A DNA stretch of 51,796 nt from Phormidesmis sp. (GCA_049646425.1 JBARVU010000141.1:1-51796); one strand, 5' to 3'; numbered from the stretch's first letter, positions 29,546-39,732 are shown. Program-made: numbers and translations. Notes: generated from the sequence alone by a model not told the origin.

Positions 29546-32500
29546 CTATGGATGCTGCACCTGTTGTAGCTGTTCGAGCCTCGATCTAAGGGCACCCGAG
29601 AGGGTAATTTGTCCACTCGATAAAACCTTGGCCCGTCGCTGGCTGCGATCAACTTTTGTGATCGCACCGCTCCAAGTAAGCGCTTCTTCAGTCGCCTTCG
29701 CAGGCCGTAGCTGAGCGATCGCCCTGGCCAGCTCAGCCGGAGTCGGCGCTTCAAACACGGTTCGCAAAGGTAAGGGCACTTTCAGTCGGGTTCTCAGACG
29801 AGAGACCATCTGAGTCGCTAAGAGGGAATGCCCGCCTAGCTCAAAGAAGTTGTCCAGCCTGCCGATCTCCTCGACCTGAAGCACTGCTGTAAACACCTCT
29901 ACAAGGGTGCGTTCTAGCTCAGTGCGAGGCGCGTCTGACGCTTCCTGATTGCGCTGTTCGCGTGCCGGTACTGGCAATGCCTGACGGTCTACTTTGCCAG
30001 TTGCGGTTAGGGGCAACGCCGTCAAAGGCACAAACCTGGCCGGTACCAAATACAGCGGCAGATGCTGCTTGAGAAAGTGGCGCAGATCGTCCGGCCGACA
30101 GGATTGGTTCGGTTTAGTCACAAAATAAGCCACCAGGCACTTGTCCGGGCCGATGTCGTCTCTGGCTATCACTGCGCTCTCACCCACCGCCAGGTGCTGG
30201 TTCAAGACCGTCTCAATCTCACCGGGCTGAATCCGGACGCCGCTGATCTTGATCTGATCGTCTAGGCGGCCTAAAACCTCGACCGCTCCATCTAGACAGT
30301 AACGACCGCGATCGCCCGTGCGGTAAAGGTAATCTTGCGGATCGTCCCGGAAGGGGTTGAGGACAAACCGCTGCCGAGCGGCGTCAGGCGCGTTGATATA
30401 GCCCAGCGTGCGGAAGGGTGTGCGCAGATAGATCTCTCCTAGTTCGCCGACACCGCAGAGCTGATTAGCAGCATTTAAAATCAGCGCCTGCGTCTCGGGT
30501 AATGGCCAGCCGCCCGGTAAAATGCCAGCCGGTATTTCCGACGGTACTGGATAGTAGCACTTCACCATGGTGGTTTCGGTAGCGCCGTAAAGGTTAACAA
30601 TCGATCCTGCCAAGGGGAAGGCTTGCCGCCATTGACTGACCAATGTCTCCGTCAGCGGTTCTCCGGAGAAGAACAGCCAGCGGAGCGATCGCAATGTCAC
30701 GCTCTTGGGCACATGCGCCAGCCAGGACTGGGCGATCGCAGGCACCGTATGCAGCAGAGAAACCTGTGCCTGCTCTAACCACGCCAAGATTTGATCGGCC
30801 CCCAGGTCGTCTTGCGACGCCGGTAAGCACAGGGTCGCCCCGCTGCACAGCGGCAAAAAGACATCTCTGAGAATTGCATCAAAGGAGAGACGGGTTAGCT
30901 GAGCCACGCGATCCGTCAGGCGCACATCAAAGGTTTGCTGCTGCCAGGCCAGAAAATGCGCGATTCCTTTGTGACAGCCCAACACCCCTTTGGGGACTCC
31001 CGTACTGCCGGAGGTAAAGAAAATATAGGCGGCATCGGCAGGCGCTAGCATCGGCAGGGGAAGCTGTTGGGTTTTCCAAGGCCGCAGCGGAGAGCCCGTG
31101 TCTGGATCGAGCGAGAGAATCGGCGTCGTAATCGCGCTTGTTATCTCTTTTATGTCGGTTGATCCTAGATCAATTAGATACTTGGCGTTTGCTTCTTGAA
31201 ACATGCGCTGGTGGCGAGCCTCGGGCAAGTCTTGATCCAAGGTCAACAGCACCCCGCCACTCAACAAAACGCCAATCATGCTAACGATGAGACCAAAGCT
31301 GCGTTTGCCATAGATAGCCACCACATCTCCTTTTTTCAGGCCATTCGTCAGAAGTGCTCGAGCCAGGTGCCGGGCTAGCCGGGCGAGCTCACCGTATGAC
31401 CAGGTGTGATCGCTTTGGCAGACAGCAGGCTGCTCAGGAGTGCGGTTTGCCCATGTCTCAAACCGAGCTGTCACCAGCGCATAGTCTGGCTCGGGTAGGA
31501 TGCTGGCCGGTTGAGGCAGATTTTGAGCGGTTGGGGTGATCAGCGAATAGGACTGAATCGAGCGATCTGGGGCGGCCACGATCTGCTCTAGCAGAGCCTG
31601 AAACTGATCGAGAAAGCTGACCATTCGTTCTGGAGAAAACAGGGCTCGTTGGTAAACGACCTGAAGCTTCAGATCAGCCTGATCGGCCTCCGCATAGAGC
31701 GTCAGCATAAACTTGGATTCTAAGTCAGCCTGCGGTAACACGCTCAGGTTCAACCCCGAGAGATCCGCTGTCAGCGGGGGCGTATTGGTGAAGTTGAACA
31801 TGACATTGAACACCGGATGACGATCCAGCGTTCGGTCTGGCTGTAGCACTTCCACCAGTTTCTCAAACGGTAAATGCTGATGCGCGTAAGCCCCTAACGC
31901 GATCGCTCGAACTTGCCTCAGATAGTCCAGAAAACTGGGATTGCCGCCTAGATGAGTGCGCAGGGGCAGGGTATTCACAAAACAGCCGATCAGCCCTTCA
32001 GTCTCAGCCTGATGGCGGCCCGCAATCGGCGTCCCCACGATCATATCTTCCTGATCTGTATAGCGGTAGAGCAGGATCTTAAAGGCCGTGAGCAGCGTCA
32101 TAAACAGGGTCGCCCCCTGCTGTTGCGATAGCCGCTTGAGCTTTTCTGTCAGTGCCTGCGACAGCGTGAGAGACTGGCTGGCGCCCTGATGATTTTGCCC
32201 GGTGGAACCAGGGTAATCTGCTGGCAGCTGGAGTACCGGCAGCTGACCCGCGAGCTGTTTCTGCCAGTAGGCTAGCTGCGTCTCTAACACTTCCCCCTGC
32301 AACCATTGCCGCTGCCAAACTGCATAGTCCGCGTATTGAATTGGCAGCGCCGGTAAGGGCGATGGCTGCCCTGCTGCATAGGCGGCATAGAGAGCGGCCA
32401 CCTCCCGCAAGAAGATCTCTATTGACCAGGCGTCCGCCACAATATGATGCATCGTCAGCAGCAGCATATGAGCGTCTGGCGCTAACTTCAACAATTTCAG

Positions 32501-35500
32501 AGAGATCAGCGGCCCTCGGCTAAGGTCGAAGGACTGCTGGGCGGCAGCAGTGGCCAATCTGTGGATTTCAGCCGGTTGCGCTGCCGCTGAGACCCCCTGC
32601 AAATCCACTGTCTCAAACGGCAACGACGGCGGAGGGCCAACCACCTGCACCACCGTATCTGACGTATCTGACTCGTGAAAGGTGGTTCGCAGCACTTCAT
32701 GCCGCTGGATAATGGCAACCATTGCTTGGGCTAGCGCAGCCTCATTCAGCTGACCGTCTAAGCGGATCGCAGCTGGCATGTTATAGGCCGTCTGTCCCTC
32801 GGCTAGCTGATCGAGGAACCAGAGTCGCTGCTGAGTGAAGGACAGCGGTAGCTCGGTCGGTCGGTCAACAGACTGAATTGCCAGTGAGGAAGATTCTCTC
32901 TCTTCCTGGCGGACGCGCTCAACCTGGGCGCTGAGCACCGCAATCGTCGGATATTCAAACACATAGCGCAGCGGCAGCTCTATCCCAAGGGCCGTTCGCA
33001 GTCGAGAAATGACCTGCGTGGCCAGCAGCGAATGCCCGCCGGATTCAAAAAAGTCATCCTCGATGCCGACGTCAACCCCTAAAAGGTCACTCCAGATAGC
33101 GACCAAACACGCTTCCGTAGGCGTGCGGGGCGGCACTGGCTCAGTACTGGATGCCCGCTGTCGCTGAGGGGCTGGCAGGGCGCGGCGGTCGATTTTACCG
33201 TTGGGGCTGAGCGGCAGTGCCTCTAGAAAAACAAAGATCGCAGGCACCATGTAGTGAGGCAGCGTCTGTTTGAGAAAGTGGCGTAGCTGAGCGGATGTGG
33301 GCGCGGCCTGATGAGGCACGATATAGGCCACCAGACTCCGATCTGTGGACTGCTCGGTGTGAGCCGTCACCGCCGCTGCCTGTATCCCCTCATGCTGATG
33401 CAGGGTCGCTTCAAGCTCACTCAGCTCAATGCGAAATCCCCGAATTTTGACCTGATGATCGAGCCGACCGAGGTATTCAAGCGTGCCGTCGGCCCGGTAG
33501 CGAGCCAGATCGCCTGTTTTATAGAGACGCCCTGGGCCAAATGGATTAGAGATAAATTTCTCAGCCGTCAAGTCTGGCCGATTAAGGTAGCCTCGGGCCA
33601 GCCCTGCTCCGCCAATGTGCAGTTCTCCGGCTACGCCGATGGGCACCAGCTGCAGAGCCGAATCTAGAATATAGACCTCGGTTTGGGCAATTGGGCGGCC
33701 GATCGCTGGAGATTGAGTCGCGCCCCTTGGCACGCTGGCATAGGTAGAATAGGTGGTATCTTCCGAAGGGCCATAGAGATTAAACACCTGTTTGACAGCG
33801 GTTTCGCGATAGATCTGTTGAACCAGCGGGTTGTGCAGGGCTTCCCCGGCTAAGTTAACGGTGCGAACCGAGGCTGGCACGGCCTGCATCCTCAATAGCT
33901 CAGCCATGGCTGAGGGCACTGTGTTAATGAGCGTTACCTCTTCAGCGGCGGGTAGTGCCGGCAGCTGTAAGGCGTTCTCTGCTAGAATCACTTGCCCGCC
34001 CCAACACAGCGGTAAAAACAGTTCAAAGACCGAGAGATCGAAACAGAGTGAGGTAGACGCGAGTACGCCTGCCCGCTGTTCTGCAGAGAACACGTCCCTG
34101 GCCCAGTGCAGCAGCGCAGCGGGACTGCGGTGTTCAATCTCTACTCCCTTTGGCCGACCGGTAGAGCCTGAGGTATACAGCACATAGGCCAGATTTGAAG
34201 CGGTAACTTCTCTTTCTAGATTGTGGTCAGGCTGCTGGGCGATCGCTGCAGCATCGGCCGCTAAGTCAACGCAATGGGCGGTGATATCGGCAAATGTCTC
34301 TGCCCACTGGGGCTGGGTTAGCAGCACAGGGGCCTGCGCGTCTGAGAGCATAAAGGCCAGGCGGGCAGCCGGATAGTTAGGATCTAGCGGAACGTAAGCA
34401 CCGCCCGCTTTGAGCACCGCTAGCAGCGCCACAACCATTTCCGCAGACCGATCCACACAAATCCCCACTCTGACTTCAGGGCCAACTCCCAACGTCTGCA
34501 AATGACGGGCCAGTTGGTTGGCTCGGGCGTTGAGCTGAGCATAGGTCAGCCGCTGCTGCTGAAAAACGACAGCAGTCGCGGTTGGCTGTTGCTGCACCTG
34601 AGCTTCAAACAGTGAGTGAACACAGCCCGCTGTTGACGGGAGTTCAGTCGGGTCAGTGGCCCAGCCGATCAGCTGCTGTTGTTCTGTTGTTGTTAAAAGC
34701 GGTAGCTGCCCCACAGGCTGCTCGGGATCGCTGATCAGGGCTTCGAGCAGCGTTTGAAAGTGACCGGCCATGCGGGCGATCGTCTCAGGGATAAACAGGT
34801 CAGTGTTGTATTTAATCGTGCCGGTTAAGACGGTTGGGGTCTCGACAATTTCAAGACTCAGATCGAATTGGCCTTCTCGTTGAGGCAGGGTAAAGTCGAG
34901 AGGTTTGAGGCCCAAGCGCTCAGCAGCAGGCGGAAGAGACTGCCGCTGGAACTTTTGGGTAAAGGTATTAAAAGAGACCTGAAAGAGCGGCGACCGGCTA
35001 GGATCTCGCTGCGGCTGCAGCTGCTCGACCAGCTTGGCGAAAGGATAGTCCTGATGGGTGAGCGCCGCTGAAACCGTCTGCCGGATATTGGCCAGAAGCG
35101 CCTTGAAGCTCAGCTCATCTGACAACACTGAGCGCAACACCACCTGATTGACAAAATAACCGACAATTGGGGTGAATTCGGGTCGACTTCTGCCCAGAGT
35201 GGCGGACCCTACGATCAAATCCTCCTGGCCTGCATAGCGATAGAGCAGCACTTTAAAGGCGGCTAATAGGGTCATGTACAGGGTTGCGCCTTCCTTCTGG
35301 GCCAGATCCCGCAGCCGCTGACTGAGCTGTTCCGTCAGCTCAAAGGGGTAGGACGCTCCCTGGTATGTCTGCACAGGCGGGCGCAGGTGATCGGTCGGCA
35401 GGCTCAGGTTGGGCAGGGTTCCGGCTAGCTGCTTTTGCCAGTAGTGCCAGAGAAGATCGCCTGTCGCCCCAGTGAGCAAACGTCGCTGCCAAAACACATA

Positions 35501-36184
35501 GTCCCGGTAGGTATGTTGAGTGGGCAATAGATTAGCGGGTTGGCCCTTCTGTTGGGCCTGATAGAGCGCCAGCAGTTCTTTCAGCAGCAGATCTTGAGAC
35601 CATCCGTCACAGGCAATATGATGAATGGTGATCAGCAGCCGCTGTTCTTGTTCTGCCAACAGGAAGTGCTTGACCCGAATGATTGGCCCCTGTTCTAGAT
35701 CAAAGGGCTGTTCACACAGCTGGGTCATCCGCTGCTGCAGTGCTGCCTGACTCCAAGCGGTGGCATCAATGGTTTGAAAATCGACCGCTCGATCTGAGTG
35801 AACTTGTTGAATCGGCTCTCCCTGGCGGTTGGGAAATGTGCTCCGAAGCGTGGGATGACGGTCAATCAGCGCTTGGAATATGGGCCGCCAGTCGACGAAG
35901 GGTGTGCTCAGGCAGGTGGCAAATGATTCGTTATAGGCGCTGCTTTCGGGTGCGAGCTGCCACAAAAACCAGAGCGATCGCTGGGCATAAGAGAGAGGAT
36001 AGACCTCCACCGTCTCGGGCCGTTCTTGCAGGAGCTGCAAAATGTCGGCCTTGTGCTGCTTAAGCTGAGAAATGACCGCAGGTGTCAGAACCTTTTGGTC
36101 ACCACCGCTGCGGAGCTGTTCGCCTTCTACACGCAGCCTGACCCCTTGGAGAGAGAGAGCCTGTAAAAAATCGATCAGGTTCAT
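29546..36184 (-). CDS. NRPS: TubC-N docking-C-A(Ala)-T-C-A(acidic residue, atypical)-T
   Basis: N-terminus LQALSLQGVRLRVEGEQLR; C1 HHIACDGWS; A1 code DLFNNALTYK (Ala); C2 HHIVADAWS; A2 code DARHFSLMVK; two GGHSLL T domains; no E domain. Confidence 0.93.
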   Translation of the reverse strand: MNLIDFLQALSLQGVRLRVEGEQLRSGGDQKVLTPAVISQLKQHKADILQLLQERPETVEVYPLSYAQRSLWFLWQLAPESSAYNESFATCLSTPFVDWRPIFQALIDRHPTLRSTFPNRQGEPIQQVHSDRAVDFQTIDATAWSQAALQQRMTQLCEQPFDLEQGPIIRVKHFLLAEQEQRLLITIHHIACDGWSQDLLLKELLALYQAQQKGQPANLLPTQHTYRDYVFWQRRLLTGATGDLLWHYWQKQLAGTLPNLSLPTDHLRPPVQTYQGASYPFELTEQLSQRLRDLAQKEGATLYMTLLAAFKVLLYRYAGQEDLIVGSATLGRSRPEFTPIVGYFVNQVVLRSVLSDELSFKALLANIRQTVSAALTHQDYPFAKLVEQLQPQRDPSRSPLFQVSFNTFTQKFQRQSLPPAAERLGLKPLDFTLPQREGQFDLSLEIVETPTVLTGTIKYNTDLFIPETIARMAGHFQTLLEALISDPEQPVGQLPLLTTTEQQQLIGWATDPTELPSTAGCVHSLFEAQVQQQPTATAVVFQQQRLTYAQLNARANQLARHLQTLGVGPEVRVGICVDRSAEMVVALLAVLKAGGAYVPLDPNYPAARLAFMLSDAQAPVLLTQPQWAETFADITAHCVDLAADAAAIAQQPDHNLEREVTASNLAYVLYTSGSTGRPKGVEIEHRSPAALLHWARDVFSAEQRAGVLASTSLCFDLSVFELFLPLCWGGQVILAENALQLPALPAAEEVTLINTVPSAMAELLRMQAVPASVRTVNLAGEALHNPLVQQIYRETAVKQVFNLYGPSEDTTYSTYASVPRGATQSPAIGRPIAQTEVYILDSALQLVPIGVAGELHIGGAGLARGYLNRPDLTAEKFISNPFGPGRLYKTGDLARYRADGTLEYLGRLDHQVKIRGFRIELSELEATLHQHEGIQAAAVTAHTEQSTDRSLVAYIVPHQAAPTSAQLRHFLKQTLPHYMVPAIFVFLEALPLSPNGKIDRRALPAPQRQRASSTEPVPPRTPTEACLVAIWSDLLGVDVGIEDDFFESGGHSLLATQVISRLRTALGIELPLRYVFEYPTIAVLSAQVERVRQEERESSSLAIQSVDRPTELPLSFTQQRLWFLDQLAEGQTAYNMPAAIRLDGQLNEAALAQAMVAIIQRHEVLRTTFHESDTSDTVVQVVGPPPSLPFETVDLQGVSAAAQPAEIHRLATAAAQQSFDLSRGPLISLKLLKLAPDAHMLLLTMHHIVADAWSIEIFLREVAALYAAYAAGQPSPLPALPIQYADYAVWQRQWLQGEVLETQLAYWQKQLAGQLPVLQLPADYPGSTGQNHQGASQSLTLSQALTEKLKRLSQQQGATLFMTLLTAFKILLYRYTDQEDMIVGTPIAGRHQAETEGLIGCFVNTLPLRTHLGGNPSFLDYLRQVRAIALGAYAHQHLPFEKLVEVLQPDRTLDRHPVFNVMFNFTNTPPLTADLSGLNLSVLPQADLESKFMLTLYAEADQADLKLQVVYQRALFSPERMVSFLDQFQALLEQIVAAPDRSIQSYSLITPTAQNLPQPASILPEPDYALVTARFETWANRTPEQPAVCQSDHTWSYGELARLARHLARALLTNGLKKGDVVAIYGKRSFGLIVSMIGVLLSGGVLLTLDQDLPEARHQRMFQEANAKYLIDLGSTDIKEITSAITTPILSLDPDTGSPLRPWKTQQLPLPMLAPADAAYIFFTSGSTGVPKGVLGCHKGIAHFLAWQQQTFDVRLTDRVAQLTRLSFDAILRDVFLPLCSGATLCLPASQDDLGADQILAWLEQAQVSLLHTVPAIAQSWLAHVPKSVTLRSLRWLFFSGEPLTETLVSQWRQAFPLAGSIVNLYGATETTMVKCYYPVPSEIPAGILPGGWPLPETQALILNAANQLCGVGELGEIYLRTPFRTLGYINAPDAARQRFVLNPFRDDPQDYLYRTGDRGRYCLDGAVEVLGRLDDQIKISGVRIQPGEIETVLNQHLAVGESAVIARDDIGPDKCLVAYFVTKPNQSCRPDDLRHFLKQHLPLYLVPARFVPLTALPLTATGKVDRQALPVPAREQRNQEASDAPRTELERTLVEVFTAVLQVEEIGRLDNFFELGGHSLLATQMVSRLRTRLKVPLPLRTVFEAPTPAELARAIAQLRPAKATEEALTWSGAITKVDRSQRRAKVLSSGQITLSGALRSRLEQLQQVQHP

Positions 36185-39100
36185 AGTTCTACCTCAATCC
36201 AGTTGTTATCTCTATCGTCTAAGGGTTGATCGGCAGCCTCGGAGGCGTCTGTCTCAGCGCCTGTCTGAAGCTGGCTCAGCTGCTGGTTGACCTCACTCAC
36301 TAACCCGGCCACGCTAATTCCCTCTATCAGCTTGACCAGTGGAATATTGACCCCCAGCGCAGACTGAAACTGATTCCGCAGTTCCACCGCCATCAAAGAG
36401 TCCAGTCCCATGGTGTTGAGCGGTTGTTGCATATCAACTTGAGCAGCGTCTAGCCCCATTAGCTGGGCAATTTGATCCTGCACATGAGTTTGCAGGATGT
36501 GCGATCGCTCTGATTCAGGAGCGCTTTGGAGCTGAGCTAGCAGCTGGGTCTTTTCCGGTGATGACTGTCCCTGCTCAGACGGTACCAGCTCGCTCAGAAA
36601 AGCGGCCTGTAAGAACGTAGGGTCAGCCTGAAACAACATAGACCAGTTGATCGGAATGACGCCGACCTGGGCTATCGCGGGCTGGCGTAACAGATCTGCT
36701 AAAACAGCCAGCCCCTGTTTCACGCGCAAACTCTCAATTCCCTGTCGGGCAATCTGCTGATGAGCCTGACGGCCGTAAGCGGTGGTAGCATGTCCGGCCT
36801 CAGCCCAAGGCCCCCAATTGATGCTCAGAGCCGGGAGCCCCTGGGCGCGACGATAATGAGCCAAACTGTCGAGGAAGCGATTAGCAGCTACATAGTTAGC
36901 CTGTCCCATCTGTCCCAGCAGCGAAGCTGCCGAAGAGAACATCAAGAAGAAGTCCAGCGGCAGGGTTTGAGTGAGCGAATGTAAGACCCAACTTCCCTCT
37001 ACCTTGGGGGCAGCCACTCGGGCAAAATGCGACCAGGTTTCTTGGGAGAGGAGCGCATCATCTAGAATGCCGGCCAGATGAATCACCCCGCTGAGGGGCG
37101 GATGAGACTGCCGAATCTGAGACAACACCCGCTCAACAGCGTCAATTTCGGTGACATCTGCCTGAGCCACCACCACGTTTACCCCCAAGTCTTTCAGCGG
37201 TTTGAGCTGCTGAGGATCTTTGACTGGGCGCCGACTGACTAACACCAGATGCCGAGCCCCTTGTTCAGCCATCCAGGCGGCAATTTCTAACCCTAGGCCC
37301 CCTAAGCCACCGGTGATTAAGTACGTCGCATCTGAACGGATCGCGAGAGGCGTCGTTTCTGAATTCGACGGCGCTTCCGGCTGAGGAGCAGGCTTCAGTC
37401 GGGCCACATAGCGCTGGCCCTGCCGATAGGCGATCTGATCTTCTTGGTCAGCGTTCTGCACTGCTGCTAGCAGCTGTTGAGCCGCCTCATCGGGTGCTGC
37501 ATCAAAGTCGAGATCCACCAGACGAGCCTTCAGGTGAGGGTACTCAAGGGCGGCCACTCGACCTAACCCCCAGAGCGGTGCTTGAGCAACCGATAGAGAA
37601 GTTGAGGCTGTGCCAATCGGCTGGGTCCCCCGGGTGATTAACCAAAGGTCGGGTGGAGAGGTTTGCTGGGCCAAGCGCTGCAATAGGTGCAAGCTACTGG
37701 CAACCGACCGGGTCTGATCGTGCTTGAGAGAGGTCAGGGTAGTTTGCGCTGAAGGCGTCGCGTCTAAGCTCCACAAATGCACAGCCTGCGCCCAAGCCTG
37801 TCCTGCCTGGATGAGATCTTCAAACAGTTGCTGCATGTGGACAGGGTCAGCAGGATTTAGCCAAAAATGGCGATCCGAGACTCCATAGACCGCTGCGTAA
37901 CTAACGTCCCAGCAGACTGTCCCCTGGGACTCTAGCTGCTCGACCAGCTGTTGACCCACCCCTTGCCGATCCGCAAAGATCAGCCAGCTCCCAGGCTTGG
38001 CAGCAGAGACCGTGGCGGCTGAGGGTGACTGGGGTTGCCATTGAATGTCGTAAAACCAGTTGGTGCTGAGCGGTTCATTTGCAGCACTGGGCGGCTGAGC
38101 TTGCCGCATCTGCAACCCAGAGACTTCGGCAAGCAGCTGATCTTCACTGTCAAAAATGCGAACCTGGCCTTCAATCAGCTCTTGGGGGCGGTCGACTGCT
38201 GCCGTTGACTGGGATGGCTGCAAAATAGCATGGCTCCAAACCCTTTGAGGCAATGGCTGATAGGCTTTGAAACTACGGAAGCCGATGGGTAAATAGAACA
38301 GCGACTCGCGACTCGCGGCAGAGGTTTGCCAGAGGGCTGCGCCTAAGACCTGATTGCAGGCATTTAAGAGAGCGGGATCAACTTTGAAGGCATGACCTTC
38401 AGCGGGAGAAGAGAGCTGTACTTCTGCCAAGGCTTCTCCTTGACCCAGCCAAAGATTCTCGATGCCCTGGAAACGCTCGCCTAGCTGGATACCGTATTGA
38501 TTGAGCTGAGTGTAAAAATCAGCTCCCGACTGATGGTTCTGACATCTTGTTTTTACCTCTGAAAGCGTCTCTTTTATCGAAGAATCGGACTGTTCTAGGT
38601 CGGCCTTGGTCTCTTCAGAGCGCTGCTGGGGAGCCTGAGCCTGACTATCGAGCTGAGATGAGCGGGCACTAGCGGCGAGGCTGTTAGCTACGGCATAGCG
38701 CTCTTTGAGCTGATGGAGATAGGGTAAATGCTCTAAAATCAGCTCGTCACTCGGGCCAAAATCCAGCAGACAAGCCACTTCATCCACGCCCACGCGGTCG
38801 AGCTGTTCGATTAAATCGAGGCAGGTGTCAGGAGTACCGATCAGCCCTCTAGAGAACGCAAACCGTTCAAACAAAAAGTTTAAAAACTCATCGAGATCTT
38901 GCTCGGATAGGGTGTTGATATCGAGGGTGCGCCCGCGACTTTGGGCCAATCCCTTCACAAGCCCTACATTTGCCTTGAGATAGCGGCAGTAGGGATCTCG
39001 GGCTAACTCACGCACCTGGTCAAACTGTTGGCCCACAAAGGTGTGCAGCATCACCGTGACCGTCCCGCTTTCAGGGGAATAGCCCTGCTCAGCCCGGGAC

Positions 39101-39732
39101 TGGCGATACAGGGAAATTTTTTCGGCCAGCGTATCTACCCCTTGATCCAGCAAATGGGTCAACAGATTAGCACCTAGCTTACCTGCTTTAGCAAAGGTTT
39201 TAGGATTGCCGGCTGCGGTCACCCAAATGGGCAGTTCTGGCTGAATTGGAGTGGGATAGGTTCTAATTTGAATGGGTTTTCCACTGCCGCTGGTAGCCTG
39301 GAGAGCTTCTCCTCGCCAGAGTTGGCGAATGGTTTGGATGCCCTCAAAAAGAACCTGATGACGGTTGGGATAGTTCTCTGGGCAGCTCACAAAGTCGTCT
39401 GGATTCCAGCCAGAGGCAAAGGAGATACCGACTCGACCGCCGGATAGATTGTCGACCATCGCCCAGTCCTCAGCCAGCTGCAGCGGCGAATGCAGTGGTA
39501 AGACCACGCTGCCTGCCTGCAGCCGAATATGCTGCGTTTCCCGGGCCAGCGCAGCCTTCAACAAGGCGGGATTCGGATAGAGATTGCCAAACTGAGTGAA
39601 ATGTCGCTCTGGGGTCCACAGGCTAGAAAAGCCGTGGCGATCGCCAAACCGGGCACTTTCAAACACCAGACGATACTTATCTCTCGTCAGGCCCGCTTCA
39701 CTGCTGGCAAAAAACATCAGACCAAATTTCAT
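36181..39732 (-). CDS. Luciferase-like flavin monooxygenase - DH C-terminal half (degenerate) - KR(B-type) - ACP
   Basis: LLM: MKFGLMFF, WTPERHF, YPNP, DNLSGGRVGISFASGWNPDDF. DH C-half: FYTQLNQYGIQLGERFQGIENLW...VDPALLNACNQ...LPIGF. KR: TGGLGGLG, GILDD, YVAAN. ACP: GLDSLMAVEL. Confidence 0.9.
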   Translation of the reverse strand: MKFGLMFFASSEAGLTRDKYRLVFESARFGDRHGFSSLWTPERHFTQFGNLYPNPALLKAALARETQHIRLQAGSVVLPLHSPLQLAEDWAMVDNLSGGRVGISFASGWNPDDFVSCPENYPNRHQVLFEGIQTIRQLWRGEALQATSGSGKPIQIRTYPTPIQPELPIWVTAAGNPKTFAKAGKLGANLLTHLLDQGVDTLAEKISLYRQSRAEQGYSPESGTVTVMLHTFVGQQFDQVRELARDPYCRYLKANVGLVKGLAQSRGRTLDINTLSEQDLDEFLNFLFERFAFSRGLIGTPDTCLDLIEQLDRVGVDEVACLLDFGPSDELILEHLPYLHQLKERYAVANSLAASARSSQLDSQAQAPQQRSEETKADLEQSDSSIKETLSEVKTRCQNHQSGADFYTQLNQYGIQLGERFQGIENLWLGQGEALAEVQLSSPAEGHAFKVDPALLNACNQVLGAALWQTSAASRESLFYLPIGFRSFKAYQPLPQRVWSHAILQPSQSTAAVDRPQELIEGQVRIFDSEDQLLAEVSGLQMRQAQPPSAANEPLSTNWFYDIQWQPQSPSAATVSAAKPGSWLIFADRQGVGQQLVEQLESQGTVCWDVSYAAVYGVSDRHFWLNPADPVHMQQLFEDLIQAGQAWAQAVHLWSLDATPSAQTTLTSLKHDQTRSVASSLHLLQRLAQQTSPPDLWLITRGTQPIGTASTSLSVAQAPLWGLGRVAALEYPHLKARLVDLDFDAAPDEAAQQLLAAVQNADQEDQIAYRQGQRYVARLKPAPQPEAPSNSETTPLAIRSDATYLITGGLGGLGLEIAAWMAEQGARHLVLVSRRPVKDPQQLKPLKDLGVNVVVAQADVTEIDAVERVLSQIRQSHPPLSGVIHLAGILDDALLSQETWSHFARVAAPKVEGSWVLHSLTQTLPLDFFLMFSSAASLLGQMGQANYVAANRFLDSLAHYRRAQGLPALSINWGPWAEAGHATTAYGRQAHQQIARQGIESLRVKQGLAVLADLLRQPAIAQVGVIPINWSMLFQADPTFLQAAFLSELVPSEQGQSSPEKTQLLAQLQSAPESERSHILQTHVQDQIAQLMGLDAAQVDMQQPLNTMGLDSLMAVELRNQFQSALGVNIPLVKLIEGISVAGLVSEVNQQLSQLQTGAETDASEAADQPLDDRDNNWIEVEL

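Noticed and set aside
29455..29754. 100-aa N-terminal extension of the racemase in the ORF track
   Set aside because: It overlaps the NRPS 3' end by about 200 bp. Racemase homology and a GGAGG RBS begin at 29460/29454.
28255..32460. HHxxxDA instead of HHxxxDG in the two C domains flanking the atypical module, as a sign of inactivity
   Set aside because: The catalytic His and structural Asp are intact, Gly-to-Ala is a tolerated variant, and both domains are needed for colinearity.
28750..36184. Microcystin/nodularin cluster (McyF-like racemase, Ala code DLFNNALTYK, DARH-type code)
   Set aside because: No methyltransferase, aminotransferase, Ser/Thr dehydration module or Adda PKS set. The FAAL start and TauD/interface modules do not fit.
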